Source: Lama glama | Taxonomy: Eukaryota | Length of the DNA stretch: 64,000 nucleotides | NCBI GenBank assembly: GCA_028534125.1 | Contig: CM052817.1 | Span: 19,098,001 to 19,162,000 of the forward strand | Direction: 5' to 3' | Shown here: one piece after another, positions 38,300 through 52,284 of the stretch | How the letters are laid out: each line of letters starts with the position of its first letter | Position numbering within the stretch: the stretch's first letter is position 1 | Program-made: the position numbers and the translations under genes | Notes under the pieces: model-generated | Told to the model about the DNA's origin: nothing | The model's input: the letters and a program-made list of their open reading frames with translations, nothing else | Database searches by the model: none

Positions 38300-39160
38300 T
38301 TATCAGATTTTATGATCTAAATTCTCTCTTAAAGTTTAGATTTGTAATTTCAACTTCTTGACATCACTGCAAAGATGCCTCAATATAACCTTTATCTGAA
38401 TGATCAAACAAATATATTATTTCTACCTCAAAACTATCACCCCATTTTTCATCTTCTTGATTTCTGTTAATCATACAAGCATTACTCTAGAGATCGTCAA
38501 CATTTCAAATAAACTCTCAACATCAACATACGACTTTTCTCTCATGTTGTGAAAACTGATTCAATTATATAGATTCTGCCTCCATGCTGCATCATGCATT
38601 TATTCATTCTTTCGTTAATTTTCTCATCCATTCATCAATCCAGCAAATATGTCTCCTTTTTTCCCATTTAACTCAATCTCATTAACAATATTCTAAGACA
38701 GTCTTCTAGCCAGTCTCGGTTTCTGCTTTCTGTCACCATTTGAAACTGTCCTACACTTAAAAAACAAACACACGCATTGATTGATATCCTGAAGTATACA
38801 CAACTATTGATATCCTGAAGTATAAAAAAAGATGGTTCTGATGATACTGCTCTCTAATTAACAAACTTAATGACTTCTTGATACTGCCCAGCTTAAACCT
38901 TACATTGGCAACTCCATAACGTTAAGAAAATTTATCTCACCACATTTTCCAGGGTGCCTGCATGTATGATCTATAATCAAACAAAACTGGATCTTCCACT
39001 GTTTCCTGAACACTGTGAATCTGTGGTCATATCAGTCCTCTCCCTAGTTTATCACCACCACTCATCTGCATCTGTCAAGTCTTTCCCTTAACTCAGTGCT
39101 ATCTCTTTTCCATAGAAAGTCCAGTAAATCTTAATTTTTCTCTTTCTCTCTGAATTTATC
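38300..39160 (+). mobile_element. L2 ORF2/3' remnant
   Basis: Diffuse L2-like pyrimidine-rich text (ttcaacttcttgacatcact...gatgcctca; ctgtttcctgaacac). Confidence 0.45.
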
Positions 39161-39619
39161 ATAATTTAGGATTTTCAAACTGAAATTCAGGGAGCTGAGA
39201 GTTTCCTCAGAGGTGCTGCGGAAATTGTCTTGGAGGTCCAGTAAGAGGGGTAGTGGGCATAGGTTCAAATTTGAAAACCCAGACTCCAACCAAACTCCTT
39301 ATATTTTTATTTCATGTAGTGTATTTCTGCCTGACATTTATTTTGAAGACAGTGTTTCTTGTTTTCATCTCTTGAAAGACGCAGACCTTATGTAAGTTTT
39401 ATGTACTCATTTAGCATGAATCCATTTATACTGTAAGTTTTGCTCCTACTCCCTCCCTTAGCTTCAAACAGAGCCGCTAAGAAGTAAGAGAATGAAGTGC
39501 TAAATTAATCTGGCTATTTTTCAGTGAGTATGCCTGGTGGGAAGAGCTTATGCCTGAGTATGGATCATGATCTATCTAGGAGAGCTGAATTGAATCAAAA
39601 GACCTTTGTTATTAACAGG

Positions 39620-39885
39620 GAGGGAGTTCAGCATAGCAATGGTTTACAGGACGGCCTCCAGAGACACCCTGGTTTCAAATCCTGTCTCTGCCACTTAATA
39701 GCTCAGTGATCAAGTAAAGTTTTCCGTTATCTCCCTGGGTCTCAATTTCCTCTTCTGGAAAACGTGGAAGATAATAAAAGTACCTCCTTCATATTCTTGA
39801 TGCAAAGAATAAGTGATTTAAAATACATAAATCTTTTGGAGCAGTGTCCTATCTTGTACATGGTAAGAAGTATATGTGTTAGTTA
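39620..39885 (+). mobile_element. MIR SINE, near full length
   Basis: cctggtttcaaatcctgtctctgccacttaatagct...ctgggtctcaatttcctcttctggaaaa...ataataaaagtacct. Confidence 0.85.
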
Positions 39886-40404
39886 ATTTCATTTTAGTAT
39901 ATATTTATATGGTGTATTTTATATTTATTTACTGGTGTATATATGTTGTCTTTATCTGCCCAGTATTGAGTTCTTTTTCATGCTTGAAGGAGTTTTGCCT
40001 GATAAGGACCCAAAAGTCACTTTAATATAAAGAAGCAAATGACTTTGTATTTACACATTGTGCTCAGGCAGGCATGTAACGTAAGTGTAACCAATTAGAT
40101 GAGCTGTCCCAATGCTTTGACATGGGAGCTAATGATGCAAACAATAAGGAGAGTGTAGAATCTTTTTGGATGGATGGTGGTACCAATGACAGAAGTCCTT
40201 GCATATCATATTCGGGGAAGATTGGTAGCGGCAGGGAGGAGTGCAGTGGCCAGGCGTTACTAGCCTCGGATGTTGTGGTTCATTCCAGCTATGGTTGGGA
40301 GAGCCTAGCCACCATTTCTTCTCTATCTTTTTCACAGCCAGTTTCTCCAGTCATCCCAATGATTGTAGGAACCACCAAATGTCTACTTAAATAGTATATA
40401 TATG

Positions 40405-40855
40405 ACAGCTTTATTGAGATACAATTCACATACCATGCAATTCACTTGTTTAAAATACACAATTCAGTGTTTTTTTGGTATATTCAGAGTTGTGAATATA
40501 CCAAAAATTACCACATCAATTTTAGAATATTTTTATCACCCTCCAAATCAATCTTGTACCTAATAGCAGTAATTCCTCCCCCGACCCTAACACCTCCAGT
40601 CATAGGCAACCACTAATCTACTTTCTGTCTCTATAGGTTTGTCTATTCTGGATATTTCATATAAATGGAAACATACAATATGTGATATTTTATGACTTGC
40701 TTCTTTCATTTAGCGTAATGTCTTCAAAGTTCATCCACGTAACAAATATTGTTACTTCTTTTTTTTTTTTTGCAAAATAATATCCCATTTTAAGAATGCG
40801 TATTTTCTTTTCTATTTATCAGCTAATAGACATTTGGGCTGTGCTCGCTTTTGTT
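40405..40855 (-). mobile_element. L1MB-like 3' end
   Basis: agctttattgagatacaattcacatacc...ggcaaccactaatctactttctgtctctatag...tattctggatatttcatataaatggaa. Confidence 0.9.
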
Positions 40856-40869
40856 TTTGAGACCAGTCT

Positions 40870-41743
40870 TTGAGATTTATTCTGACTCCAGGGGTGCTCT
40901 TCTCAGCTGAGCCGTTCTGCTTTTCTCTGGTGAACTCGCTGGCCTACAGCTTAGCTCGCTGCACTCTTCTGGCTGCCAAAGCCCTTTCAGTGGCTTACCG
41001 CCACAGTCTCCACTGTCTTTAATACTGCCCTTAGATTTGATTGCCCGTACTTTGTTCACAATGAAGCCAGTTCCTTTGGAGGCAGCTTGTGAACACTCTG
41101 TTCTTATGACCTATCTCTATGTCTAAGCAAAATCCCTGAGTTAGGAAGAGGGACAGTGGCTGTCTCAGAGTGACAGGAGGGTGCTCAGTGTGGTGGCAGC
41201 CTCTGATTTTCTCTGCTGGCCTCTTCCAGCACGCAGCCTCCACCCTAGGAGTGTCCTGGGGGTTCTCTGGTTCCAGTGTTCTAGACCTGGGTTGGGAAAG
41301 GCCCCCACCTTATACCTTGCCATCCCCTGCCCTCTCAGAGGTGCTCACCTGGAGTTCAGCCTCCACTGTACTGGGATGAAGGGGCACAAGAAATGTAGGG
41401 GTACTGCGGCTTTCAAGTCATGGTAGCCCTTGGTTGGGAGCTGGAGGAAAAGAAAGTCTCCATCTTCTTGGCGACACATACCCAGAGCCCAGAGCCCAGA
41501 GCAGTGCTTCCATCCTGCTGAGCTGTTGTGGGGGAGGGGAGGGGGCAAAGGTGGGGAGGCAGGGAGGTCTGTCCTCAACTGCTACAGACTTTCGCTATTC
41601 TTACTGAGATTTAGTTTCTTCTTCTATTAGATGCCCTTAGGACCATTTATAGATATTTTATTTTTTTTTCATGGTTTTCTCCACTAATGGCTATTTTACT
41701 GGGCACCAGTTTTGCAGAACTCTTCACTCTCCATCCTGAAGTC
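40870..41743 (-). mobile_element. Probable L1M 5' UTR (promoter end)
   Basis: GC-richer tract ending ttcttactgagattt...atgcccttagg...gcagaactcttcactctccatcctgaagtc, like antisense L1M 5' termini (decayed gccatt...ggaagt). Confidence 0.6.
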
Positions 41744-41804
41744 ACACCTGGAGTTAATGCTCCATCAGTAACTCCCCTTTCTACTTATTATAACCCAAAT
41801 TTAG

Positions 41805-41838
<34 letters not shown>

Positions 41839-42843
41839 GTTCTTAGAGCACTGGCTACTGTCATGTTGAAGCTCTGCCATCAGGTATCTAGACAGCAAGC
41901 CCTGCTGTGGGAGTGGACAGTGTTCCTCACTCTCGTTAAATGTGAAAGTGGGACTTAAATGAAAGTAGAGAATATAACAAAATTCCATCCTGAACTTTCA
42001 AGATTTAAGCTATTCTTTGTGCCTTCTTCAATAGAATGGTTTCTACTTCCAAATATGGATATAATGAAAAAAAATTCCTCTTAGCCCTCCCTTTTACTCT
42101 GCAAGTGAATTTTTAAGTTATCTATATTTAGTTGCATTGCAACTCTTTCATGAGGTCAAAATTCAAATGGGATCTCATTTCAGTTTTAACATAGAAATAT
42201 ACTTGCTTGTAATTGAAGTATTTTCAGTTAACCTGCATTTAAAATTTTCAAATCTCTATGTATCAGTCCTTACGTCTGGAAATATTATGTAAAAATATCT
42301 CAAAGGATATTAGTCAGTATTCATGAAGAATACATAAAATGCAATAATATGAGTGTGTATTTATTCCTAATTAGAACTCTCATTCTTTATAATGCCAGCT
42401 TTTTCTAAAAAGAACCTTTAGGGTAAGGTGCTTGGAAAGTGTTTGCTTATTACAAAACTCAAACTTAATTGTGAGAAGATTTTGAAATAATCTATATTTT
42501 CTTCTGGGGAAGTTACCTTGCAATGTGAATCCACAACCATTCTGAACAATGGATCCAGCAGACTGTGAATCTAAAAGGCAGATGCATCTGTTAATGCCCA
42601 TGGTAGCTAGACACCCCAGCCCCTTGTCTGAGGGCTCAATCACCACCCATTTCTAATAATTAGCTGATGATGTGATAGAGTAAAAAGTCACGAGTCTGAA
42701 GCCCCACATCTTAGATTAGTGTGTTCTAGTTATTTCTGTGTTGCACTTTTCCGCTAATAAACTATAAGCTTTTTGTGGGCAGAGGCCATGATTTATTTGA
42801 TTTCTTGCTTCTTGGTATGCACCATAGGTCTTTTTGTCCCCAG

Positions 42844-43682
42844 TTTTTTTTATTATTGTGGTAAAATATAAATAACATAAATTGTATCACCTTAAACATG
42901 AAGTGTTTAGTTTAATAGTATGAATACACCCATAGTGTTGTGCAACCATCATCACCATCCATGCCTTAACTCTTCTTATCTTGTAAAACTGAAACTCTAT
43001 ATCCATTAAACAATAGATCATCACTCCTCCCTCCCCCAGCCCCTAAAATCACCATTCTGCTTTTGTCCCTGTGATTTTGACTACCCGAAATACCTCCTAT
43101 AAGGAATAATACAGTATGTATCTTTTTGTGACTGGCTCGTTTCATTTAGCATAATGTCATCAGAGTTCATCCATGTTGTGACATGTGGCAGAATCCCCTT
43201 CCTTTTTAAGGCTGCATAATGTTCCATTGCATGTATATAAACACATTTTACTTATCCATCCCTGTGCTGATGAACCCTTAGGTTGGTTCCACATTTTAGC
43301 TACTTTGAATAATGAATGTAACTATGAGTATACAAGTGTCTCTTTGTGACTCTGCTTTCGGCTCCTTAGGGTATATCCCCAGAAGTGGAATTGCTGCATC
43401 ATGTTGTAATTCTATTAGCAATTTTTGAGGAATTACCATATTGTTTTCCACAACAGCTCTACCATTTTACATTCCCATGAACAGTGTACCAGGGTTTTGA
43501 TTTCACCATAATTTGATACTTTCTGTTTTTTTGTTTGTTTTTGTTTTGATAGAAGCCATCCTAATGGGAATGATATAATATCTCATTGGGGTTTTGGTTT
43601 GCATTTCCCTAATAATTATATTGAGCATCTTTTCACGTGCTTATTGGCCATTTGTCTATCTTCTTTGGCGAAATGTCTGTTT
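42844..43682 (-). mobile_element. L1MA/L1MB 3' end (ORF2 C-terminus plus 3' UTR)
   Basis: poly-T then ttattgtggtaaaatata...tgttgtgcaaccatc...cccagaagtggaattgctg...atctcattg...ttgcatttccct...ttggccatttgt. Confidence 0.92.
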
Positions 43683-45599
43683 ATGCATTACAGGAACTGT
43701 GTGTACAATAGCTCTCTCCAAGTGAGTAGATGGCTGCTTAAAATTCTAATTCTAATTCTGTGAACAGTAGAGTTGTAGAAAAATTGTCCATTGCTCATCT
43801 CTACATGCCAGGAGCAGAAGGAAAAAGCATTATTCAATATGGAAGTCTAATATATAATTTAGGTGTTGTTTATAATCTAGGAAATTAGAAGAAGCATTAA
43901 CTAGGGGGCAGAGACCAGGAGCCTTGATCCCTTTTCTCACAGATAGTTTGGGCACATCACGTATCCTCTTTAAGATTCAGCTTCATCATTTGCAAAATTA
44001 AATTATGTACTATTAGTTACATTTTTAGGCCAAATAGCTGTAATTCTGTTTTTTTAAATATTCCAGTTACAGTTGATACTTATCATTCACCTAGTTCTTA
44101 GCAGTGAAGAGTATGTATACATATATACACATCCTGACCTTTTTCTCAGTGTTTTGGGTACCTAATCTCTCTACTACCTGTGTGAACAAGAAATGCATCT
44201 CTCAATTATTTGATCACCATCTTGAGGAGTTAAGCCGGATGCAGACCTACTGATAAAGAAAAAAACTCAACTTTAAATAAATTCTCCTAAATTTACCAAC
44301 CTTTTCTAGAAGGAATAGACTGTAGATTTTTGTCCGAACATTCTTTTGTGACTGACGATCTGAGAATGTCTTGTACCACTGATCAGTTCAGAAAACAGCA
44401 CTCTGTCTGAGTGTATCTCCTCTGCAGTCTTTGCACTATTATAAAACAGCCTTTTCTTTAAAAAATTGCATTTCAGTCATTTAATGAGTTCATGCATATT
44501 TGTTAGATTTTTGGTTCACTCTTTTACCTTTTAAAAAAGATAAAAAGATAAAATTTCATGACCACTGCTTATCTTATCAATTTCCCTGTAAATTATTGCC
44601 CAAGGAGTGTCCACATATGCAGACAATATTAATACAAAGAACAGTTTTATGGGCATTAATCTTATATTTGCTTAAAACAATCTGCTTAGATCATAAATCA
44701 TGTAGTGTTGCATAAATTTTGTGCATTTAAGTATCCTGCGAAATTTCATGTTGATTATAGTCTGGCACATGTTCTTTAGTTAGCTGGTCTTTTGTCAAAG
44801 TCTGTTAATGTAGGAAGATGGTTTTTAAATAATTATTGTACAGAACATGTTCCATTACCAGGATCAAGGTGTTCTGCTGCTATAATTGAATAATGAGTCT
44901 TTTTCAAATTTCTAGGAAAAAAATACCTAATGGAGATATTTTTAAAACAGTATGTTTTTCTTCCAGATATGTTTGTCTTAGAACACAAACTCTCCTTGTT
45001 CCTTATTGACCCCGTGTGTGTGTGTAAGATAATATCTGAAATGCCACAAAGCTGTGTATTTGGAATTTAAAAGTGCCATATAATCAGTATCTCAGTATTT
45101 CAGTGGTGTTCCACATAAGCACTGTGACTTGCAGCTGCTAAACCAGCTGAATAATAGTGAGAACCACTGATCTAAGTAAGAACTTAAAGAATACAGAAGG
45201 GAAATTATACACGTAGAAAAGATAAACTTGATATTCCTGGCTAATAAAACTCTGAGTATTACAAGATGTGCTAACCCATCTAGCGTAACTAAACTAAATC
45301 ATTCATCAAGTCCCCTTAACAATTTTTCAATAGGAAACTGCTTTTGAGATTGCCAGCCAAACAGAGTGGATATTAAAGCACAGTTTCTCCTTATTGGGCT
45401 AAAAATGCTCCTCATGGTAAAACATTTTTAGAAGTTCATTTACCAAAAGTAATGGCCATTCAAACAGTGAAGCTAATTTTATTTGAATATTTGCATGAAA
45501 AAAAGAGCCTTGTTTTGAAAGCCAGAATACTGCAGAAGAGTTGGAAACTGACTTTCAATGATGCGGATAGGAATCTCTGTTTCCAAACCTCAGAATTAC

Positions 45600-45730
45600 A
45601 GCTGAGAGAGAGAGAGGAGCAAAAGCAAGAGCGAGAGTGAGAAAAGGAAAGAAGGCAGGAAAGCAGGAAGCACAAGACGGGGAGGGAAGGAAGAAAGGAA
45701 AGAAGGAAGGAAAGGAACAAAGAAGGAAAG
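45600..45730. repeat. Purine-rich (GA/GGAA) low-complexity tract
   Basis: gagagagagagaggag...ggaagaaaggaaagaaggaaggaaagg. Confidence 0.85.
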
Positions 45731-48700
45731 TCAAATTTGAAGACTAACCTCTGAGAGTGGGTGCGAAAATGTGAGTCATTGCTATCCACATTACACAATG
45801 ATGTCTTAATACAGAAAGGTGTATTTTTTTTTTCAGATTTTAAGCATTTTCCTTTCTTTGCTTGATTTTGACCCATTACTGAAAAGAATTTAAGAAGATA
45901 ATGTCATTATTAGCATAATCAAGAAATACAGAATATTCATTCCTCCCTCTGCAAGCCGCTGTGTATGATCAAGATATATACTTTGCAAAGTAAGACATCT
46001 ATGGAAAGTCACTCACAATTGGGAATGCCAAGAGCATGACATATATTCCTGGATTCATCTGACATTTAAAATAAAAGCTTCTTTTCGAATCTAACATACT
46101 CATTTTTGTTATAAGTAAACATTTTAGTTGTACTATAAATTAATTTTACCACTTACTCTGTCATATTTTAAAAAATAATTTGAGGTTAAATTGTTCACCT
46201 CTCATGAATAGTTAATGTGTGTATTGTCTTAGATTTTACCTAAGTGTAGTCAAGTAGAGCTGCTCTTGTTTTCCAAATGACACACTTTCTCTGTGAATAA
46301 GTGTCTTATCTAAATTAACAAAGTCCCATGGGTAAAATAGCCATTGTCATGGGCTCTAGGTCAATATATTGGAGGAGCCTATAGTGTTAAACCAACTTCC
46401 GTGTTCAGAGATCTTCCTTTCAACCTTGTCTGATCTCCCTTCACTATAGCACTGCGTGCAGCTCTACAGTAGGAGGGATTCATGGCTTTGTCTCGCGAAG
46501 ATGTAATATTGTCTTTGACCACAGGGCAACAAGAGCAACCTTGAAGAGGCTGAAGTTTGCCTAAAAATGATGCTAGATTGCAGGAAGAAGCATCCATGAG
46601 TCATCCACCTGACATTTCGGAGAGTTAGAAGGACCAAAATCAATCACCCAGTTAAAGTTAGTAATCCTTTACTGAAAGTCAGACTTTCTGCCCTAAAATC
46701 CTAATAGGACCCAAAATCTCATTAGTTTAAATGAGAAACGTTGTAAAGTGCTACATGCATATCCAAAATGTGCAAACACTATCCACAAATGTAGGTAAAT
46801 TTTGCAAAATGCCAGAAAAGAAGTATGAAGCTATCAGGTAAGCATTCAAATTGCTGTAAACATTGTTACTTGGCCTCCAAAATACTAAATACGATTATTA
46901 ATAAACAGTTGTTTTATATACAGAAACATGCTCTTCTCTCTGGTAATTAGTCTTTTCATCTGCTTTGCCTCCTTCTGTACAATTTTCTTCAATATTTTCT
47001 CAACTTCTTAGGGATTCATTTTATTGTAAGAGACAAGAACAAGGGCTAAATACAAAGACATAGTAAAATCATGCTCAGATGAAAACAGTATGGTAGAGAA
47101 AACCTTATATCTGGTCCATTTGGCCAGAATGCCTCTCTTTGGCCCACAGTAGGCAAAAGACACTCTCCAACTGTTGGGAATCCATAGGTTTTTCAAATTT
47201 TCCTTAGGTAACTATGACATTCTACAAATTATACTTGGACTATAATTCAAGAATTTTCTCTGATATCCTCTGTTGCAGAGGACATAAATTTGGGGAAAGC
47301 ACATATAAATTGCTCCTAGTTAAGCACTGGCTGAATGTCATTGTATTGAGAGACCTGTACATAAGACAAAATTTAGAGTTTAAAAACAAATGAATATTTT
47401 AAAAGGGAAAATGTTAACATACAAGATAGTCTGTCGAGGTCTGCCCAAATTCATATTTGGGTAACAGAACATTAGCATAATCTTCTCAGTTTACATACAG
47501 TAGACCTCTCAGAAGACTTCCCGTACATTTCCTCTGCAGTTCAGAGGATATAAAGCTATTTATTTTGTAACTGAAATAGGGCAAGGGTCCGATCTTGAAA
47601 TGTTTGGTCCAGATCTCAGAATTCCAAGGTGCTTCTCTGAGCACCTATGCTCATGCTGTCATTGTTTAAACTTATTACTCACCCTTTAGGTCCAGTATTT
47701 GATTAAAAAAACAGTGGATGCCACTGCTTTAAGTTTTTAATGAATACCATGACCACTTCACCCATTCTGACCGCACAGAGAACAGAAAGCTTCTCTATTC
47801 TAGGTTTTTAGCCTCATCCCATGATTAATTATCATGCCATCGCCACACAATAGCAGTTCAATTTAATTAGCTATATGGTTTTACAGACAGCTGAATCAAG
47901 ACCTTCATTTTTCTGTATGAGATTTTATGCCCTTAGAGAGGCAAGCTTTTTCCAGATGAAAATTATTTCTGGCCATTATAGGAGAGAGAAAAATCTAGCA
48001 AAATGGAAACATAAAATATACCTCAAACATTTAATAATTTAATCTCAAACTGTTGAAATAGTGATTGAATGAGAAATGAAATTATGTTATCTTTAATTAA
48101 TGAAGACGATTAAACGGTAATTTGAGAAAATAGTTAAACTGGTTATATCAGGTACAACCATCATATATATTTAGGACTGATTGAGAGAGAAAAGGAAATG
48201 CAGACATTCCAATGTGCTTTTGGAGATAATTATCCACCTTTATTGCTGACTCTGTATCGCATCGTGTATGTAGTTCCCGAAACAGCCACTGTTCACTGAA
48301 TGTCACCATTTATTCGCAGTTCCACAAGTTATTATATATATGAATGGTGACCAAATGGTTATGTAAAGCATAAATTAATGCTTATTGATAATAATATATA
48401 ATAACTATATATACATTTCATACACACATGTATATATGTGATCTATATGTTATGCTATGTATGTAATCTATAAATTTTATGATCTACAAACATTACATTC
48501 AGCTTTCATATCATTTGATAACCGTTCAGTACTTCTAAAACTTTAAAGTTGAGAAAAAAAAAACCAAAGTTTAAGACTTTTTTGAAAAAAATGATGACAG
48601 CAGTAGGCCCCATTCCCCCTCAATTTGTTTATGATTTTAAGTTATTCGCAAATCTTCAACCTCCCCATATCCAAAACGCATCATAGGAACTCCAGATTAA

Positions 48701-50459
48701 TAACTTTCATATTTCACCACTTAGGGGACAACATATAGAGTTGAATATATCAGAATTGCAGAACTGAGGGTTGTCACCCTGTTTCTCTGTAGTGTGATGC
48801 ATCAGGATTTGATCAGTACCTTACTCAGGCAAACTTTAATCTACTTAAAGTAAAAATCTTCCCCAAATACTCCATTTAAGATTTGCAATGGATTCTTTTT
48901 TTTTTAAGCAGAATTCCTCCATTTCATTTGCATAATATTGCTTACCTAGGTCACTCTGATTTTTCCTTATTTGCTCATTTAATATTCTTTGCTTGACTGT
49001 TGTTTTTATTGTACATTATTGAGAACATTTTCGAGGCATTTTGTACTGTTCGGTAACTCGTAAATCAGGACATAAGCAGTTTTTTAATGTGTTGTCCCTG
49101 TGGCTGATCTTTTGTCTTGCTCTAAAACACATTGTTTTATCCTTTCAACTTATTTGTCTCCCCTTGTTGGTCATTTACATGGATTTAAAAGCATTTCAGC
49201 ATCTTGCCAAATCTCTTTTTATCTTAGTTTTTCTCAGCCTTAATCTGTTTTCCTGTACTAAGTCTGTAATTCTGCCTCCACATTTCTTTTATTCCCCAGG
49301 AACTTATCTCTAATCACAGGCATTTTTTTTCCAGCATAAAACCTGCAATACCCTGTGTTACTATTCATTCCATGTGGTTCTCACAGATGCAGGAGATCAG
49401 CATTTATATTAGCATTCTGGGCCTCACAGATCCGTCTCCCTGGCTAGCAGCTCTTCCTACTAGTTTCTCAGCCAAATGAGAGAAAATGTCTGTTAGAAGG
49501 TTTGTGTGATGACTAGCACTGTTAATGATAAATATTTTTTAGTCATTTGCAGGCAGTATTTTCATTTGCTCAACAACAACAACAACAACACAAATCCATC
49601 TAGAACACCAGTGCTGGCCACCTTTTTGACCTGAACCACCTGATTCTAGCTGTGGTAGTTTTCCCTTCTCAGTCAAGGGCACTTGTTTCACACCTACAGA
49701 GACGGCACCACCATCAGCCTCTGCCTTAAGCAGGTGGTTTAGAGAAAGACTTAAACTAACAGTCTGAACACACCTCAGGTACCTCCTGGTCTAATTCTGA
49801 CCTTGCTTCTTCATTCTGCTGTTAACGGCTTTGGAATTACTCACCTGACAGAATTCTCAAAATAGCGACCAGCATAAGATTGTTTCTGTTTCCAAGACTT
49901 TGGTCCTCCCTTCATTGCCTCCCCTCTTTCCTTTCTCTGCCAGGAAGCAAGTACTCAAACCCAGCTTGTTGAAATTAGGACCGTGTCTCCTCATGGCAGG
50001 GGAGATCAGTCCTGCTCCTGTACGTGCCAGAGCTCTGCTACAAGACCCATGGGGAGGTCCTGCAGTGGGGCAGTGACCTTCCAGAGGCCACTGCTGTGCT
50101 GCAGAAACGCGCATCACCCCCCCTGTCCCCCGCAGGTCCGGGTGGAGGCTGCTTACGTGGACTTCTCACACGTCCTTCAGCTGGTCCCCAGAGCGTGTGC
50201 AGTCACAGGGAGGAGAATTAATTCCAGGTGCTCCCACTTATCCGCTGATGTAATGAACTTAAATCATTGACTATAAATATGGCCATGACACTAGCTACAT
50301 CTCCTTTTCTTTTTTTGTTCCCTATCTTACATTGTTAAAATGTGTGATGCTCTTGCTTTCTTCATTTAGTCTGCTCCCTGTCTTTTTTGTTCTCCTTTTG
50401 GATTTAGCATCTCCGTTGCTTTCTATTTCACTTTTATTCTCATGTGACTTTAGCTTTAG

Positions 50460-51280
50460 TGAATCATTCATTCATTCATTCATTCACTCATTCAACGAAT
50501 ATTGAATAAACTGGCATGCCCTCACTACTTGTAGTGCTGAGGAAGCAAAGGTAAATCAGACAGACGGCTCTGATTGAGATGACATGGTATAAAAAGAAAA
50601 TCAGTAAAAATTACAATAATTTATGCTTGCAGTAAGTGCCAAGAAGGAAATCAAAAGGCATGATGTGATAGAGAGCAGAGAATGATGCATGAAGGAAGGA
50701 CCTGCTTTACATTGTGTGGTCAGGACCACTCTTCCTAACAGAAGTCTTTGAATCAAAACCTTGATGAAGCGGAGGGGTGAGACGTTCAAGTACATAGAAG
50801 GTTAACGTTCCAGGAAAGGTAAAAGAGAGCAAAGGCCCTGTGGTAGAAAATAGTTTAGCTGTTAGAAGAACAAGAAAACCTGTGTGGCTGTAGAAGGGTG
50901 GTAACATAGAAGCACGGGAGCACGATGAGTTTCGAGATGCTGTAAAAACCTTGTCAAACGTGAATAAAACTTTCTATCTTCGTTTTGTCTTGTTTTTTTA
51001 ATGGAGGTACTGGGAATTGAACTCAGGAGGACCTCGTGCATGCTGAACATGCACTCTACTACTGAGCTATACCCAGCCCCTCTGTCTTATTTTCAATGAA
51101 ATTATGAATTAAAGAGTTTTAAAGAGGGAGGTCCAGTTGGTTGGCTTATGTTTTAAAATGATTATAGCCAGTGCAGTAGTCCGGGTGAGAAATGATGGTG
51201 TCCTGGACCTGGGTATCACTCGTGATATTAACAGACACAGACAGGTATTTGGGTGCATTTGTAGGTTTAGCTGACATATC
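50460..51280 (-). mobile_element. L2 3' region containing a nested SINE
   Basis: (cattcatt)n tail, aacgaatattga, gttccaggaaagg...agcaaaggccctgtggt, gtccgggtgagaaatgatggtgtcctggac. Confidence 0.8.
50997..51082 (-). mobile_element. tRNA-Ala-derived SINE (camelid vic-1-like), short form
   Basis: Minus strand: gggtatagctcagtagtagagtgcatg...gagttcaattcccagtacctcc (A- and B-box like); TSD tgtcttgtttt (50986) / tgtcttatttt (51083). Confidence 0.85.
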
Positions 51281-51699
51281 ATCCTATGTCTTTGGGGGAA
51301 TATCATTCATCTTTTTGTGATACTTTATAATTTTCACATCTTTATACGGTAGCCAAAGGTTTTACTTCACATACAGAATGACCCCAGTAAGATATTCAAG
51401 GTGTCTCCAGAGACCCGCTACTGTCTGAGCAGAATGCTGTATTTCGGAATGGAGAACAATATTCACATACAGCTAACATTAACAATGAGAGAATCAAATT
51501 ATAGACCAATGGAAGACTGAGTTTTTGAGAAGGAATGATAGAGGTAGCAACAAAAATGGCAGAATTTAGAGAGGAGGTAAGGAGGCATCCAATATAATGA
51601 TTCATGGCCTTGAAAGTGCATATAAAGTATTTAGTTTTGATATAACAGATGATATTGGAAAAAACACATTTTAAATATTTTCACCTTAAACCAAAATAA

Positions 51700-52230
51700 A
51701 GAAAATTTTCTAAAGCACACAGTATATTCCCTCATGACTCCTTACTGCTTAGAGTAAATAGGATGTAAAACTTCAGCACAGTATGTGAGGCTCTTCAAAC
51801 TCTATCCTGTTCACCTTTGTTGGTTATTATTCCTAACACATAGCTCATGCTTTTGCCACACTCAATTTTTTAATTATTCTTTGAATACATCATTCTTTTT
51901 TTTTTTTAAGTATTTACCTTTGCTCTTATCCCTACTTGGAATATTTCCCTCTTGTTTTGTCCAACTGTAAAATGATTATTTCAAGTAATATTACATTAAC
52001 CTCTGTGAAAACTATGGTGAGGTTGCTAATGCCTTTCTCCTCTATAATCTGATAGCACTTACTATGCATCTTTAATTTGGCAAAGTCCAATTAGATAAGT
52101 TTGCATCCCTGGCCCTTCCACTAGTGTAAGAGCTGCTTCTTAAATCCATGAATATTACTTATTTTTTTCTATGCATATTGACTGTACAGAACAGTAGGCT
52201 GCCGATAAATATGTGAACAATTTAATTAAA
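51700..52230 (+). mobile_element. L2 fragment
   Basis: tgactccttactgcttagagtaaa...cttcagc; ccactagtgtaagagct; cagtaggctgccgataaatatgtgaa. Confidence 0.55.
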
Positions 52231-52284
52231 ATCTAATTTCACAAAAAACATAATCTAACCCACAAATCACAACTAAATTGATGT

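Noticed and set aside
45460..45876. 138-aa minus-strand ORF
   Set aside because: Open only because it crosses a purine/pyrimidine low-complexity tract (S/L/F-rich translation).
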